From positions 1,674,001 to 1,738,000 of the forward strand of contig NEEC01000014.1 of NCBI GenBank assembly GCA_002189035.1: a stretch of DNA of 64,000 nt. The letters are read 5' to 3'. The position numbers were made by a program, and so were the translations under genes. Positions 43,122 through 56,354 of this stretch are shown here, piece after piece. The notes under the pieces were generated by a model, which was not told the DNA's origin, did no database searches, and saw only the letters and a program-made list of their open reading frames with translations. Within the stretch, counting starts at the first letter, position 1. Each line of letters opens with the position of its first letter. This stretch comes from Utricularia gibba. Its lineage: Eukaryota > Plantae > Magnoliophyta.

Positions 43122-46100
43122 CCACCTTAATCACCCCGCCCCCGCCCATCCCACATCGCTTAATTCAGTCATTAATATAAATGTAATTATTTTTATTCAA
43201 AAAATACAGAAAATCACCGGAAATAACTCACGTACATGTAATTCAAATGCGTCGACCAGTTTCCGACAGCTTATTATATTGAAATGTAATTAGGTAGATG
43301 GCTTGTCTAAATATTATATAATATGCATCACTTGTGTGGTTTTTTTTTAGAGCACATGGATAGGGTAAGCAACACCCATTAGGTTATAATTAATCGTACC
43401 AAACCCATACTACTTGGTGGGATTGAACTTCACCCTCCATGCAACGTTTTGGGGCATGTCGCCCAGCTCCACCACTACGGAGTCTCAAATCGTATCGTTT
43501 CGATTACCTTGATCATTTTATGATTAACCATGGGAAACTATAATAAAGACATCTTTCGAGTTAGAGACTTCTATCGAACAATCGATTCTTTAGAGCATCT
43601 TTATCTATTTTCGGAAATATTGATGTGACGTTTTTGAAAATAAAGAAATGTTTTTGGAAATAAGTACATTGTTTCTCATTTATTACGAAAATAGAAATGA
43701 GTAAATTTGGTTTATTTTGGAAAACAATTTAGAATATAATTTGTACTATTTATTTTAAAATTATAATTTTCGAAAATTAATACAAATGTAAAGTAAATTT
43801 AATAAATTAAACGCAATAACTCAATTTCCAGAAATACTATATCAACATTTTATGATATTGATAAAGATGCTATTATGATATAATATAATTGGTACTAAAT
43901 GAACTTCGAAACAATATGTATATGAACAGTATAAATCATCACGATTTAAAAAATATAACATCTTAATCAAACTTTACACCAAGTAAACTTGCGCGAAGTG
44001 TGATCGGAGAACCCTTTTACATTCATTCAAGCCTCCATGCAACCATTTCGCGCCAGCTCCTCCTCCGCTTCTGGTTTCTCAGTTCCATTTCTAGGAGCCC
44101 GTTGATGGAAGTGTGAGGCACAGAATGGGAAACCCTCTCTTTGAAGTCATTCTCGGAACCATAGGAGATGGAGGTTATGGGCTTGGTTCGCATCCCTGGA
44201 ACTCCCAAGGGACAAAGACTGATTTAACAGCCGCGAGCACATGGTAAATTCACAATGATTTGCCATCCCATCCCACTCTGGCGTACGCAGACGTAGACCT
44301 ATGAAAACAGCGCACTAAAGTTTAACTATTTTTCCAAACACCACCACAGTAACCAATTCCCATGGGGACTCGGTTTGCATAATCAGCTCCGGCGATGATG
44401 TGGACGGAAGTGTGATCGACTTTGTACACTCAGCATTAAGTACCATTAAATGTACGCCTTAGAATTTGGGGAGGAAGAAGAAGAAGCAGAAGAAGAAGAG
44501 CTGAGACAAAATAATTAAAAGCAATTATTATAATTTTCATAGACAAGGGGATGTTGACGCGACGCAGTAGGGACAATATTTCAATTCCAATTTATCTCCC
44601 GAAAACTACATTTCCAATGCTCTCTCTCCCTCCCCCTCTCTCTCTTTTTTTTTTTACTGTGATTATGCTCTTTTAACAGTGGACTTTTTACTTGTAGGGG
44701 CTCCTCGAGTGCCCAGTTTCAATTACCGTACTAATTACCATTCAACGCAGGAAGAGGAATAGGGTAGGGTTAAATGTAGTAGACAATATAATTAATAGAT
44801 ACAGATTTTAGGATAATGAAGCCCACATGGGGGTACATTAATATCGAGGCCTTTGACCCTATGGTCCAAGATTGAATTTAATTCTGAATCATCATCATGT
44901 GTTATGAATGATAATTATTTATTTGGTTAGATACTGAGGACGCCCCATGCCCCGACCGGACCGGACCGGACCAACTCTAGGGATTACGGCGCTATGAATT
45001 AAATAATAAATACTATTTTATTTTTGTTTTTCGGCTCACGGGGGATTTGCAGTGGGCCGGCATTGTAGTAACATTGGGCTCCTTTGTGTTTCTCAACTCA
45101 TGATATTTCAAATTGGGTGTGAATACGATCTGGGCCTAGCTCACACCCGCTCATCTCGAAACTAGGGTTGATTCAATTGGCCGGATGGGCTCGGTTACGG
45201 GTTTTGTAATTTTTAAACAATTTATAATTAAAATACGTTCTAAAATTTATGAAAGGAAAAGGAATTAGAAATAGTTATATCGAGATACTAAAGTACTGCT
45301 ATGTAAAATTTTTAAAAATCTATATCTATTTTTCAGAAGTAAAAATAGTTTTACTCTAGAATATTTTTAATTATAAAAATAATTCTATCAAAAATATTTT
45401 TAAAATTATACTACAAAAATTATTTTTAAAAAAGTAAAGAATTGATTATTTTTACTTTTTATTTATATTTTTTAAAAATAATTTTGAAAAATAAAAACAT
45501 ATTTTAAAAATTTTCAAGAATACTGCTTAAATTAAATCATCAATATTGATTTCTAGTACTCATATATTTTAGTGGTTCATGAATTATATTTTATTTATCA
45601 ATGTCTAGTGATGAGGATTGAATTTATTTAAATTTTTCTGATTCGAAATAATCTAAAATGAGATAGACGATAAATTCTAATGGTGGTCTAGCTAAGTTCA
45701 GTTGTTGTCTTTGGGGCAGCGAGGATGCAACAAGACACGTTAGGCTCCAAAGAACAACTTGAGCATGAGGCAATACTATATACTGTTAAAGGCATTAAAA
45801 TACCATTACTCAAAGCAACCAAATGACTTGCTACCATCATAATGAATTTCCCCAAATTTCAGATTTCTAATTTTTCCGAAATGAAATATTCTTGAAATTT
45901 AATCATTTTCTTCTAAATTTCATTTTTTTGAATTAAATTGAAAGTTTTCTAAAATTAAAAAATTTGTTACTTGGTGCAATGGTGCCCCCTCCTCCACCCT
46001 GGAAGGAGAGACGTGTACGGCAACCATGATGACCCTTGGGCAACACTGCCAAGCCTCCATCACATAACATAAATGCCCATATTCAATCTTTACTATAAAT

Positions 46101-47177
46101 GTGAATATACAAATAATAATAAAAAATAAGAGAAATAAGAAGGTTTGGTATGTGTTGGCGGCGTATTAGTGGTTTGGGGGCGAGTCGCATTTCTTTTTCC
46201 GATTTAATGCTTTTGGGATGGAGAATTGCAAATGGGCTATCCAAGGAAAGGGAAAGCTCAGGAGTTAGCTACCATCTCTTCTTAATTCTACACTGATTTA
46301 ATTACTTCTTAACACTTAATTTTGGGATTTTATATGAAAATAATAATATTAATATAGCTTGTATTAGTGTATATGATGTTATTAAAAATATTAGTTAATT
46401 TTGTGGATAAATACTATTTAATTAGAAAAAAAACACGTCATTGGTGGTTTGTTACGCCCGTTTACGGCTCCGCCGTCTCAAAAGTCTGCTTGTCGGGGGA
46501 ATCAGAATTGGATATTATTATTATTTTTTATTATTAATAGAATAGGTAGGTAAGGGGTGACTTTGTAAAATTGGTTGATTGCAAGGGTTGATTTGAAATT
46601 ACTGAAATTGGAGGAGGAGCGATGGTAAGGTAACTGTGGATTCCGGTCTCCAGTTTTGGGGCGACCACACCAGAGGGCGGAATGATTGGAAAAGCCAAAG
46701 CAGTGGGTTGGGTCAATTATGAGAGATGGTGGATGGATGACTTCAGCGATGGGGAAACTAGCTTCCGCGAATCGGAAAAGGCTGCGTGAGGATAATTTTC
46801 TGCTGAAAGAAGAGAGGAGAATTTCATTTCATTTGCTTTTCGTGTTTTTCCTTCCGTCATGTTCCACCTCCGAAGTGCCTTCCTCCATTCGTTGCTGGAG
46901 GCGGGGCCCATCGCATCGGGGGCCAATAAATGCTCGCTTTTTTGGTAATCCCGTTTAACAATTTCCGTTCTCTAAAACCCGGACACTGTGCGCTTTAATT
47001 TGTGGGGAAGCCATTGTCACCTGTTAAGGAATTTGGGGTTCTTCTGGTTGAAGATTGGGTTGGCCCAGAAATCTCATCCCCACCCTAGCGGGGTTTTGTC
47101 GGGTTCACGAGATATACGTGAATCTCTGGGGTTTCTTTGGCTGCTGGGGAAGATTGAATTTTTGAGACCCAGTTGGT

Positions 47178-50100
47178 ATGGGTTTTCTTTCTGATACCCA
47201 AAATAGCGTTGGGGGTTGTGCTGCTGGGAACTGCTGTATCGAGGCTTTGAGGACGTTGGCGAGAAGAAAACAGGTCGATTCTGCGGCTGACAAGTCCTCT
47301 GGGCATCATGGTTTGGCCAAGGCGTTGACCGTTCCCCATCTCATAGCAATAGGTAAGAATCAAGTTTTGGGTTTTAATGTTTCAGTTTCAATAACCAAGT
47401 TTTAATTTTCCTTTCATGTCGTTGATTTCTATGATCTGAAAATTGATATCGTGTCACCGCGATTGCCTCTAATGTTTATCATTTGTAGGTGTTGGTTCAA
47501 CGATCGGTGCTGGAGTTTATATTCTTGTTGGTACCGTGGCTAGAGAGCATTCTGGGCCTGCGCTCACCTTTTCATTTCTGATAGCTGGGATTGCTGCCGC
47601 TCTTTCTGCGTTCTGCTATGCTGAGCTTGCAAGTCGCTGCCCTTCTGCTGGAAGTGCCTATCATTATTCTTACATATGCGTCGGAGAAGGGTACTCTTTT
47701 GTCCTCAATGTTTTTAACTTTGTCAAGTTTCATCCATTCTTCGGTTTCCCTTTAAGAGAATTGTATGGTCGTTTAGAAATCCCCGTCCCGTAGATTTAGC
47801 CATAAAGATGATTTATGCGTCTCTTGAAGAAACAAATAAACTTGAAGAAATATTTAATGCAGTGTTGCTTGGTTGATTGGCTGGGCCTTGATATTGGAAT
47901 ATACTATTGGAGGTTCTGCGGTTGCTCGAGGCATATCCCCTAATTTGGTGAGCTTTCTCCCCTCGATACTTCATTAGATAGTGATAAACATATGTTGGAC
48001 ATCTGCAACTAGTAGGATTGCATGGTGCTGTTTTTATATTAGCGGATAACATTACATGGTGTGAATATTCTAGTTGTGAATATAAAATGGTGATTGCATG
48101 TTCAATAACGTTAAGAACTCGCTATGGTTGGGTTAATGCTAACTCACATTAATGTGGCAAGTCACCATATTGGCAAAACACTCGCAGTGTTTCAGTTTTT
48201 ATGTTCGGCTGATTGCATCCATTTTTTTAAAACAGTACTTGTATATGCACAGTGAACTTTCTATGTGTGTGGCAATGTGTTGGAAATTTTCGAATATTAG
48301 AGAACATCTTTTATTGTTCAAGAATTTTTTTTTTTTTTACAGTTAAAGAACTTGCCTAACTACGATAGCTTATGTTTTCCTTTCTTTTGCCTATGTGTAA
48401 TTAGGCTATGCTGTTCGGAGGTCCAGACAGTCTTCCTTCATTCTTAGCACGTCAAACCATTCCTGAAATTGGCATTGTTGTTGATCCTTGTGCAGCTGTC
48501 CTGGTTTTTCTTGTCACTGGACTTCTTTGTGTAGGAATAAAGGAGGTATAATTACTTTCCCCCTTTTTCAGCTGAAGTGTTACTTTTGGTCTAATAAACC
48601 ATTATGGAAATTTGAAAATCTTGAAATACAATTTCTGCAGAGCACCCTTGTGCAAGGATTTGTGACATTTGCAAATATTTGTATCATGATATTTGTCATC
48701 GTAGCTGGTGGTTATTTGGGATTCAAGAGTGGCTGGCCTGGATATGAACTTCCTTCTGGGTAGTTGTTACTCTCCGTAATTGAATTCTGATGTCTCGCCA
48801 CCCTAGGCATTATTTCCTTTTCCATATACATTATCATGAATCAGTGCATCTTCATAGGTATTTCCCATATGGGGCTGATGGAATGCTTACTGGTGCTTCT
48901 ACTGTGTTCTTTGCTTACATTGGATTTGACTCAGTAGCTAGCACAGCAGAAGAGGTATGCATCACCATAATTGAAAACTTTCTCTTTAAAAAATAAAATA
49001 AAATACAACGAGTATACAAAACATGGAGAATTTTGGTATGTGCAGGTGAAAAACCCTCAAAGGGACCTTCCGTTGGGAATAGGTTTTGCCTTGTCCATAT
49101 GTTGCACTCTGTACATGTTGGTTTCTGCAGTAATTGTTGGTTTAGTGCCCTATTATGCAATGGATCCTGACACTCCCATCTCTTCGGCCTTTCAAAGCCA
49201 TGGAGTTCAATGGGCAGCGTAAGCTTATTGTTAATATTTCAATTTCTCTTCTTCATAAGTGCTTGTTTTTCACATCTGTATTTTCTTTATGCCAGGTATG
49301 CAATTACTATTGGAGCTTGCTTTGCTCTTTGCTCAACATTGATGGGGTCGATCTTGCCTCAGGTAGATGAAGTCTTTCATTCCAACTTTTACAACTCTAG
49401 CACAAACAGCGATAACTTTCATGCATTTTTTTAAGTAGAAAACAGAAAACTTTATGTATGTGTACAAAAGGATATATTTTCTGGTTACAACCTTTTTTTC
49501 ACTCGTGAACCCCATATTTACAAGAAAGGGCTATTACATCAATTCCGAGTAGGAATGCAACTCCATTTACTTCTATGTTGGATCCTATGTAGCGCGAATG
49601 TTTGGGTGTGTCTAAACGTTGATGTCATGTATTACCTTGTCAGCTCTGTTTTGGTTTGAGGTTTTCTCAAAGGTATGATGATATGAATGCTCAAATGTTC
49701 TTTTTCTTTTTCATATTCTATTGTGCAGCCAAGAATATTGATGGCTATGGCCAGAGATGGATTGCTTCCATCATTCTTCTCAGAAGTAGATAAAAAAACT
49801 CAAGTTCCTGTGAAGGGCACTATTGTTACTGGTTTGCTTGCTGCGCTCCTAGCATTCTTCATGGATGTGGAACAATTGTCTGGAATGGTACACTTCTTTC
49901 TCTTTTTCACAACCGCCTCAAAATGTAATTCTTTGATTGGTCCTATATGTTTTGGTGTTCTAAACGATTTTGATGCCCTAATTTTTTCCTCCAGGTCAGT
50001 GTTGGCACCCTTCTCGCATTCACAATGGTGGCGGTTTCAGTTCTCATTTTGAGATATGTTCCTCCAGATGAGGTCCCGCTTCCTGCATCATTTCAAGAAG

Positions 50101-51121
50101 CAATAGATTCAGTTTCAAGTCGCCACAACATCAGCAAGAATCCTGAGAACGAAAAAAATTATTCTGGTACATCTGATACAAATGATGATGATGTTATAGC
50201 CACAGAAACTTCCATTGATTTTCCTTTGCTGGAAAAAGTGACGGGAAAACTAAACAGTAAGCTTATTGATTATTGGATCATTATTTTGGATGAATTATCA
50301 TTTGAATAAAGGTTGATTTAGCTCTTCTTTCTTACGTTGAAGTTGTCATGAATGAAGAGAAAAGGAGGAAGATCGCAGGTTGGGCTATTACAGTTACATG
50401 TGTTGGTGTTCTTGTCCTCACTTCTGCTGCCTCCAGTGTGGGCCTCTATAGGTGCGAGACCTTGATTTCATATTTGATTATGGTGTCATTGCACCTTAGA
50501 TTCGAGGTATCTTTCATTAACAACTACATACTTGTTTAACTCTCAGTCCGTTGAGGTATGCTTTATGTGCAATTGGGGGACTTCTCCTATCAAGTGGTCT
50601 GATATCGCTAACCTGGGTTGACCAAGACGATGCAAGACACAGTTTTGGCCATTCTGGTGGTAAGAGCGACTTAGCTTCTCATCATCATATAGTAGCTTTC
50701 TTCTTCTCATTCCATGGTGAGTGATAAATGTCATGTAAATCCTTATGCTGACCGTTACTTTTCAGGTTTCATCTGCCCTTTTGTTCCCATGCTCCCCATT
50801 GCTTGCATTTTGATCAATGTCTACCTATTAATCAATCTCGGGTGAGTCTTCCTGATAACATCTTTAGTAGATAAAAGTGCCTTCTACTTGTTCATGTCTG
50901 TGATTGACAGACAATCTTCCCCTCCAGAACCAACTTATTTATTAAGAATGAAAACTGTGCGAATATGCAGGGGAGCAACTTGGGCTCGAGTATCTGTGTG
51001 GCTTGCCATAGGAGTGGTTGTATACGCATCATATGGTCGGAGGAAGAGCCGTTTGCACAATGCTGTCTATGTTCACACAGCCCATGTAAACGAAATCTAC
51101 AGCTCCTCCAGACTTCCATAG
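47178..51121 (+). CDS. CAT2: Cationic amino acid transporter (vacuolar CAT2/3/4 clade), about 14 exons
   Basis: GVGSTIGAGVYILVGTVAREHSGPAL, CYAELASRCPSAGSAYHYSY, FFAYIGFDSVASTAEEVKNPQRDLP, PRILMAMARDGLLPSFF, HSGGFICPFVP, YGRRKSRL. Splice phases checked. Confidence 0.94.
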
Positions 51122-52038
51122 AGTGACCATTTTCTTTCGTTCAATTCTGCAAGTCCACACACAAGCCGGCAAGCAAGCAAGCGTATCTCGGCTCTGAGAT
51201 CGCCTGTGGTCTCATTATAAAGAGCGTGAAATCTGCTGCGTTGCATTTGTATCATTATTTGGTCTGCTGTACAGAGTTGGAAGAAAGCAGATGAAGACGG
51301 CAAGCTGCTACAAAACATTCTCTAGAAAACATCTGCTGGTGGTGTTTGTGTCATACGTATGTTGCTATAGTGTGCATGTCTGTATGCGGTTCTTTTCATT
51401 GTCTGTTTGATAAATAAAAGTTCTGAAATAAGTTAGTTCGTGTGCTCTTCTCCAACGCTTCTTACTACCCAAACAAATATTTCCACTTCTATTTTCAACT
51501 ATACTTCAACTACCAACCGGTCAGTACCGGCGTGGTGGTTGGAACTAGCGACCGGACGAAAGTTCGAGTTTTTCGTCTAGAAAGGAAGCTCAACGAGGGT
51601 CCACTTCCGAGTGGGGAAAAAAGGGGACTAGTTACAGATGGATATAAAATAGAAGCCATGATGGCGCACGCGGTTCCTCATCAGTGGATCATGTACCCAC
51701 GCTAAACCGTGGGCTGGAAAGGTTTAGCGCAGAGAAGACCAGAGGGTTTTTAGGTGATACTTTTTTTTTTGTCTACCCTTCGAATTGTAGGTGATTAATT
51801 GTTGGTTCTTTTTCATCCACCTACCTCACAAGATATTCTTCGCTCTTCGGTTCCGTTGTCATTCTTTAGTTGTTGGAGTCTGGTATTCCGTCGGAGTTTT
51901 TTGAGTATGATACTCTCTACCTTGGAAAAAAAATGATTCTTGGCATCCAAAAGGAGAGAACTGTAACTGGTCAAGTCGATTTTTTGCTGATTTGTTTTGT
52001 GGGTATTCATAATTCAGGTGCTTCAGTTGTTGCGTAAC

Positions 52039-54039
52039 ATGGATTTCCTGGGAACTCCCGAGGGGCATTTGGTCCTTGGGATCGGTGTTGCCCTTGTAAC
52101 TGTTGCTGCGGTGTACTTCTTGGTCTCCTCGAAGAAATCAAAAGGTGCATATTATCATCTGATTTGGGTTTTTGGTGTGAATGTTTGTGTTGGTATATGC
52201 TTTTTGTTGGGCGGGACTCATCAAGTTTATGGAGGTGGACCGACCCTCTTACTATTGGAATAAAAACTCATCAAAGATTGCGTTTTTCTTAGTTGCATGC
52301 TTGAATGGCTGCTTGTTCATGTTCTTTTCTGTGGACTGTGGTTTACGGTAGATGAACTTTTTGCTGGCTATCTCGGACATACACAAGTAACTCTTTTTTC
52401 TTTGGTTGGTAGTTTGCTTGAATCCAGAGACTTTTAAAGGGTTTGAACTTGTTAAGAAAACACAGATCAGCCACAATGTCGCTAAGTTTAGATTTGCTCT
52501 TCCTACACCCACGTCGGTGTTGGGCCTCCCAATAGGTCAGCACATTAGCTGCAGGTAATTCTCGAACAAGCACCTGTGATCTTTACTTGTGTCGCATTTA
52601 AATCTTTATTTGCATATGGCGCTTCTTCTCTGGACATTTTGTTCAGTCCGTTTCTTTCAAGAGGGCATTGATTGGAATACTGATTTGTTGCAGGGGGAGG
52701 ATGGCCAAGGCGAAGAGGTTATCAAACCATACACTCCAACCACGTTGGATTCAGATGTTGGATATTTTGAGCTGGTTATAAAGGTACTTACTTAGATTTC
52801 AGGTCAATTCTCGATTATCCATTTATTTGCTCATGACTCATACTTTATCAAATTCCAGATGTATCCACAAGGAAGAATGTCTCATCATTTTAGAGAAATG
52901 CGTGAAGGTGATACTCTTGCAGTTAAAGGACCAAAGGTATTTCCAGATGTTTTCTGAATCATAACAACCGAATATTGTGATCTTTCCGATATAGTGTTAA
53001 GGCTAAGGAGCCCAGCTAAGGAGGGGGAACTAGACGTGGTAGAAATGATTATACCTGATTTGGTTGTTTCAAATGAGACCTAAAACCAAGTCTGTTTCTT
53101 CGCATTGTATCCCATCTGAGTTAATTGGCAATTTGCCTTACTCTTAGGGCCGTTTTAGATATCAACCAGGGCAGGTGAGAGCATTTGGAATGCTTGCCGG
53201 TGGATCAGGAATTACTCCCATGTTTCAGGTTTTGACTTTGCACTTTGTATTGGGTGTTGTAATGGTAATCCTTCACCTTCTTACCCTTCTGAGTTTTTTT
53301 TTCAGGTTGCTAGAGCAATTCTTGAAAACCCCATTGACAGAACTAAGGTGTATCTGATCTATGCAAATGTCACCTTTGACGATATTCTTTTGAAGGTATT
53401 GCTGAAAATCTCACTGGAGCTCAGGGAGGAAGTTTACTGCTCACTGATATAAATTCTGGATACTCTTCTATGCTAATTGTAGGATGAATTGGACAGCCTT
53501 GCTAAAAACTACTCTGACCGGTTTCAAGTTTATTATGTACTTAACCAGGCAAGTTCTTGAATACCATAGCACTAGCAACCGCCTCTTTGATGAACTCGGT
53601 TTCATGCTTCTCGTTATGTTGCATGTACTCAAGTTGCTCCTTCTAAGTCTCTTGACTCATAGCATCATTCGAGCTTTCTGAACAAAAATTGAATCAAGGA
53701 CATTTCTTTCATCCTGTTTCCTTTTGTCTTCTTCACCGGAAAAGTGATCTGATTTATGCATGTTGAATGTGTCATTTCAGCCCCCTGAAATATGGGAAGG
53801 TGGTGTCGGCTTTGTCTCCAAGGAAATGATTCAAGCTCACTGTCCTCCACCTGCATCTGATATTCAGGTTTCTCTCATCTCTACCAAATCATCACCGGTG
53901 AACAGTAGTTTAAAAGCCGTTAACTTTACTCTTGGGATTCTTCTAGATTTTGCGCTGCGGCCCTCCTCCGATGAATAAGGCCATGGCAGGCCATCTTGAT
54001 GCACTTGGTTACACGGCTGAGATGCAGTTCCAGTTCTGA
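52039..54039 (+). CDS. CBR1: NADH-cytochrome b5 reductase (ER type), 9 exons; apparent 1-nt frameshift at the exon 3 acceptor (52693-52697); one GC-AG intron
   Basis: N-terminal TM anchor, [85 protein letters not shown]-stop. Confidence 0.94.
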
Positions 54040-54638
54040 GAGTCTGTAACTCGGGAACTAAAATGATCCTCTTTGGCCTTTGCTCTGGTTCTTCGCACTT
54101 CGCTGAGCACATTCCTATTGCATTTTCGTTAGCATTGCCACTGAATTGCCATTTGAAGCTTCTACATGAGATTCGGTAGTTAGTGCTTAGGCACTAGGCT
54201 ATAATTACGTTCTTTTCTCCTGCCACCCCTAAAAATAAGTACAGAAATTTCCCATCATTCACCCAGGAATCTTGATTCCAGTCTCTGCAACCATAAAGAA
54301 GTCGCCTCTCCTTAAAAAGAAAGGTTTTTTTTACCGTTCTTGGTTCCAAAATCCATCTGGGTCATGAATCGTTTTGAGCAATATCCCCACATTGAGTCAA
54401 GGGGTCATTGTTTTATCCAAAAACTGTTGATCTTCGGTGTGGCTCTTCCTCTGATCGGGATTTCTGTTACAGATTCTTAAGATCATTCAGGAATATGCAG
54501 CTACCTCGAGATTACGAATGCAGCGGAACAATGACCCCATTCTCGATTACCGTTATTCCTTCTATCCTCTGTTGATTTAGCCGTTCGATTGTCCACGTCC
54601 AAATCCATGGCGGAATTGCTTTTGATAGTATTATCCTA

Positions 54639-56183
54639 ATGGGGTTTCCTCATGACGTGTTTGAATCCTTGAGAAAAAGGAAAAGCAATCAGAGGATGGG
54701 GCATCTTTCTCATAGGTTTCTGCTCCTCCTGATGCTAACAGCAGCATGTGGGGTTCTGGTATTGTCTCGCCTTTTACAGCTAAGGGGTCGTTCATTGTCT
54801 GTCGACTGGAGAGGTTTATCAAATTCCAGACTTGTTTCAGTGACAAGGAACGGATATCATGGTTTACCGAATACAACTGCATCTGCTTCTGCTAATGGAA
54901 AACAAGCGAGCATGCTTAGTAAATGTGATGCTGCTGACCTGAAAATTCTCAAGGTTTTCATGTACGATTTGCCTAGTGTGTTCCACTTTGGTTTATTAGG
55001 CTGGAGAGGAGATGGTAGCCATGTCTGGCCTGATATTCACGTCGAACTGCCGGAATATGCCGGCGGTCTAAACTTACAGCACAGCATAGAGTATTGGCTC
55101 ACATTGGATCTCCTGAGCTCCGAGTTCTCAAAGAATCTGAGTGGCCGTGGTGCAGTGAGAGTTAGGAATCCTGATCAAGCTGATGTTTTTTTTGTCCCCT
55201 TTTTTGCATCCTTGAGCTTTAACAGGTACTCTAAATCAAGGGGAAACAAGACCAGTGTGAATGATCTCTTACAGGAAAGGCTGGTTACCTTTTTGACATC
55301 CCAAGAGCTGTGGAAGAGGTCTGGCGGGAAGGATCATATCATTGTTGCTCATCATCCCAACAGCCTTTTAGAAGCAAGGCTGAAGCTTTGGCCTGCAATG
55401 TTCATTCTTTCGGATTTTGGGAGATACCCTCCTACTGTTGCCAATGTCGATAAGGATGTCATTGCACCTTACAAGCATTTGATTCAGAGCTACGTAGATG
55501 ATAACTCTGATTTTGATAGTCGCCCTATTTTGCTCTACTTCCAGGGAGCCATATACAGAAAAGATGTATGAAGCCAATCTCTGTCTGTGTTGCTTCTGCT
55601 TGTAACCAACTCTCACCACCTTTTGTTGTTTTGTCAGGGTGGAAGAATACGACAGGAACTCTTTTATTTGCTGAAAAATGAACAGGATGTACACTTTTCC
55701 TTTGGAAATATTCAAGGCGATGGCATAAAGAGGGTTTCAGAGGGAATGCATTCATCGAAATTCTGCCTGCACATTGCTGGTGACACTCCATCCTCAAACC
55801 GGTTCTTTGATGCTATTGCGAGCCATTGTGTTCCCGTTGTTGTAAGTGATGATATTGAGTTACCCTTCGAAGACATTCTCGACTACTCCGAGTTCTGCAT
55901 ATTTGTTTCATCATCAGACGCTCTCAAGGAGAAATACCTCATAAATTTGATCAGAAACATAGGTAAAGATAAATGGACAGGGATGTGGACGAGGCTGAAA
56001 GAAGTTGAGCATTTATTTGAGTTTCACTACCCATCCCAGAAGAACGATGCAGTTCAGATGACATGGCAGGCCATTTCTAGAAAGCTTCCTGAGATAACAA
56101 GGAAAATCTACAAAAGCAGCAGACTACCTCGTCTTCAAGAAAGACACTTCAACTCAACTCTTGTCCCTAGAAATTTCTGGTGA
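54639..56183 (+). CDS. Exostosin/GT47 glycosyltransferase (ARAD1-like putative arabinosyltransferase), 2 exons
   Basis: Type II TM anchor, LKVFMYDLP, GLNLQHSIEYWL, ADVFFVPFFASLSFNR, GGKDHIIVAHHPNS, SKFCLHIAGDTPSSNRFFDAIASHCVPVVVSD. Intron about 55567-55637. The start could be the second ATG (MGHLSHRF). Confidence 0.92.
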
Positions 56184-56354
56184 CGCCACCTTTTTGAATG
56201 GAGATTTGTAAACTACGGAAAAACGATCTTCTCATTGCCTCAAAAATAAAGATGATTTTTTTCATTGTTCAGATCAACAGTGGGCATTATATGGATTTCC
56301 TTCGCCACTTGGAAACATATCAGACCCTCCGTAATGTGCTGTATCTTCATTAGT

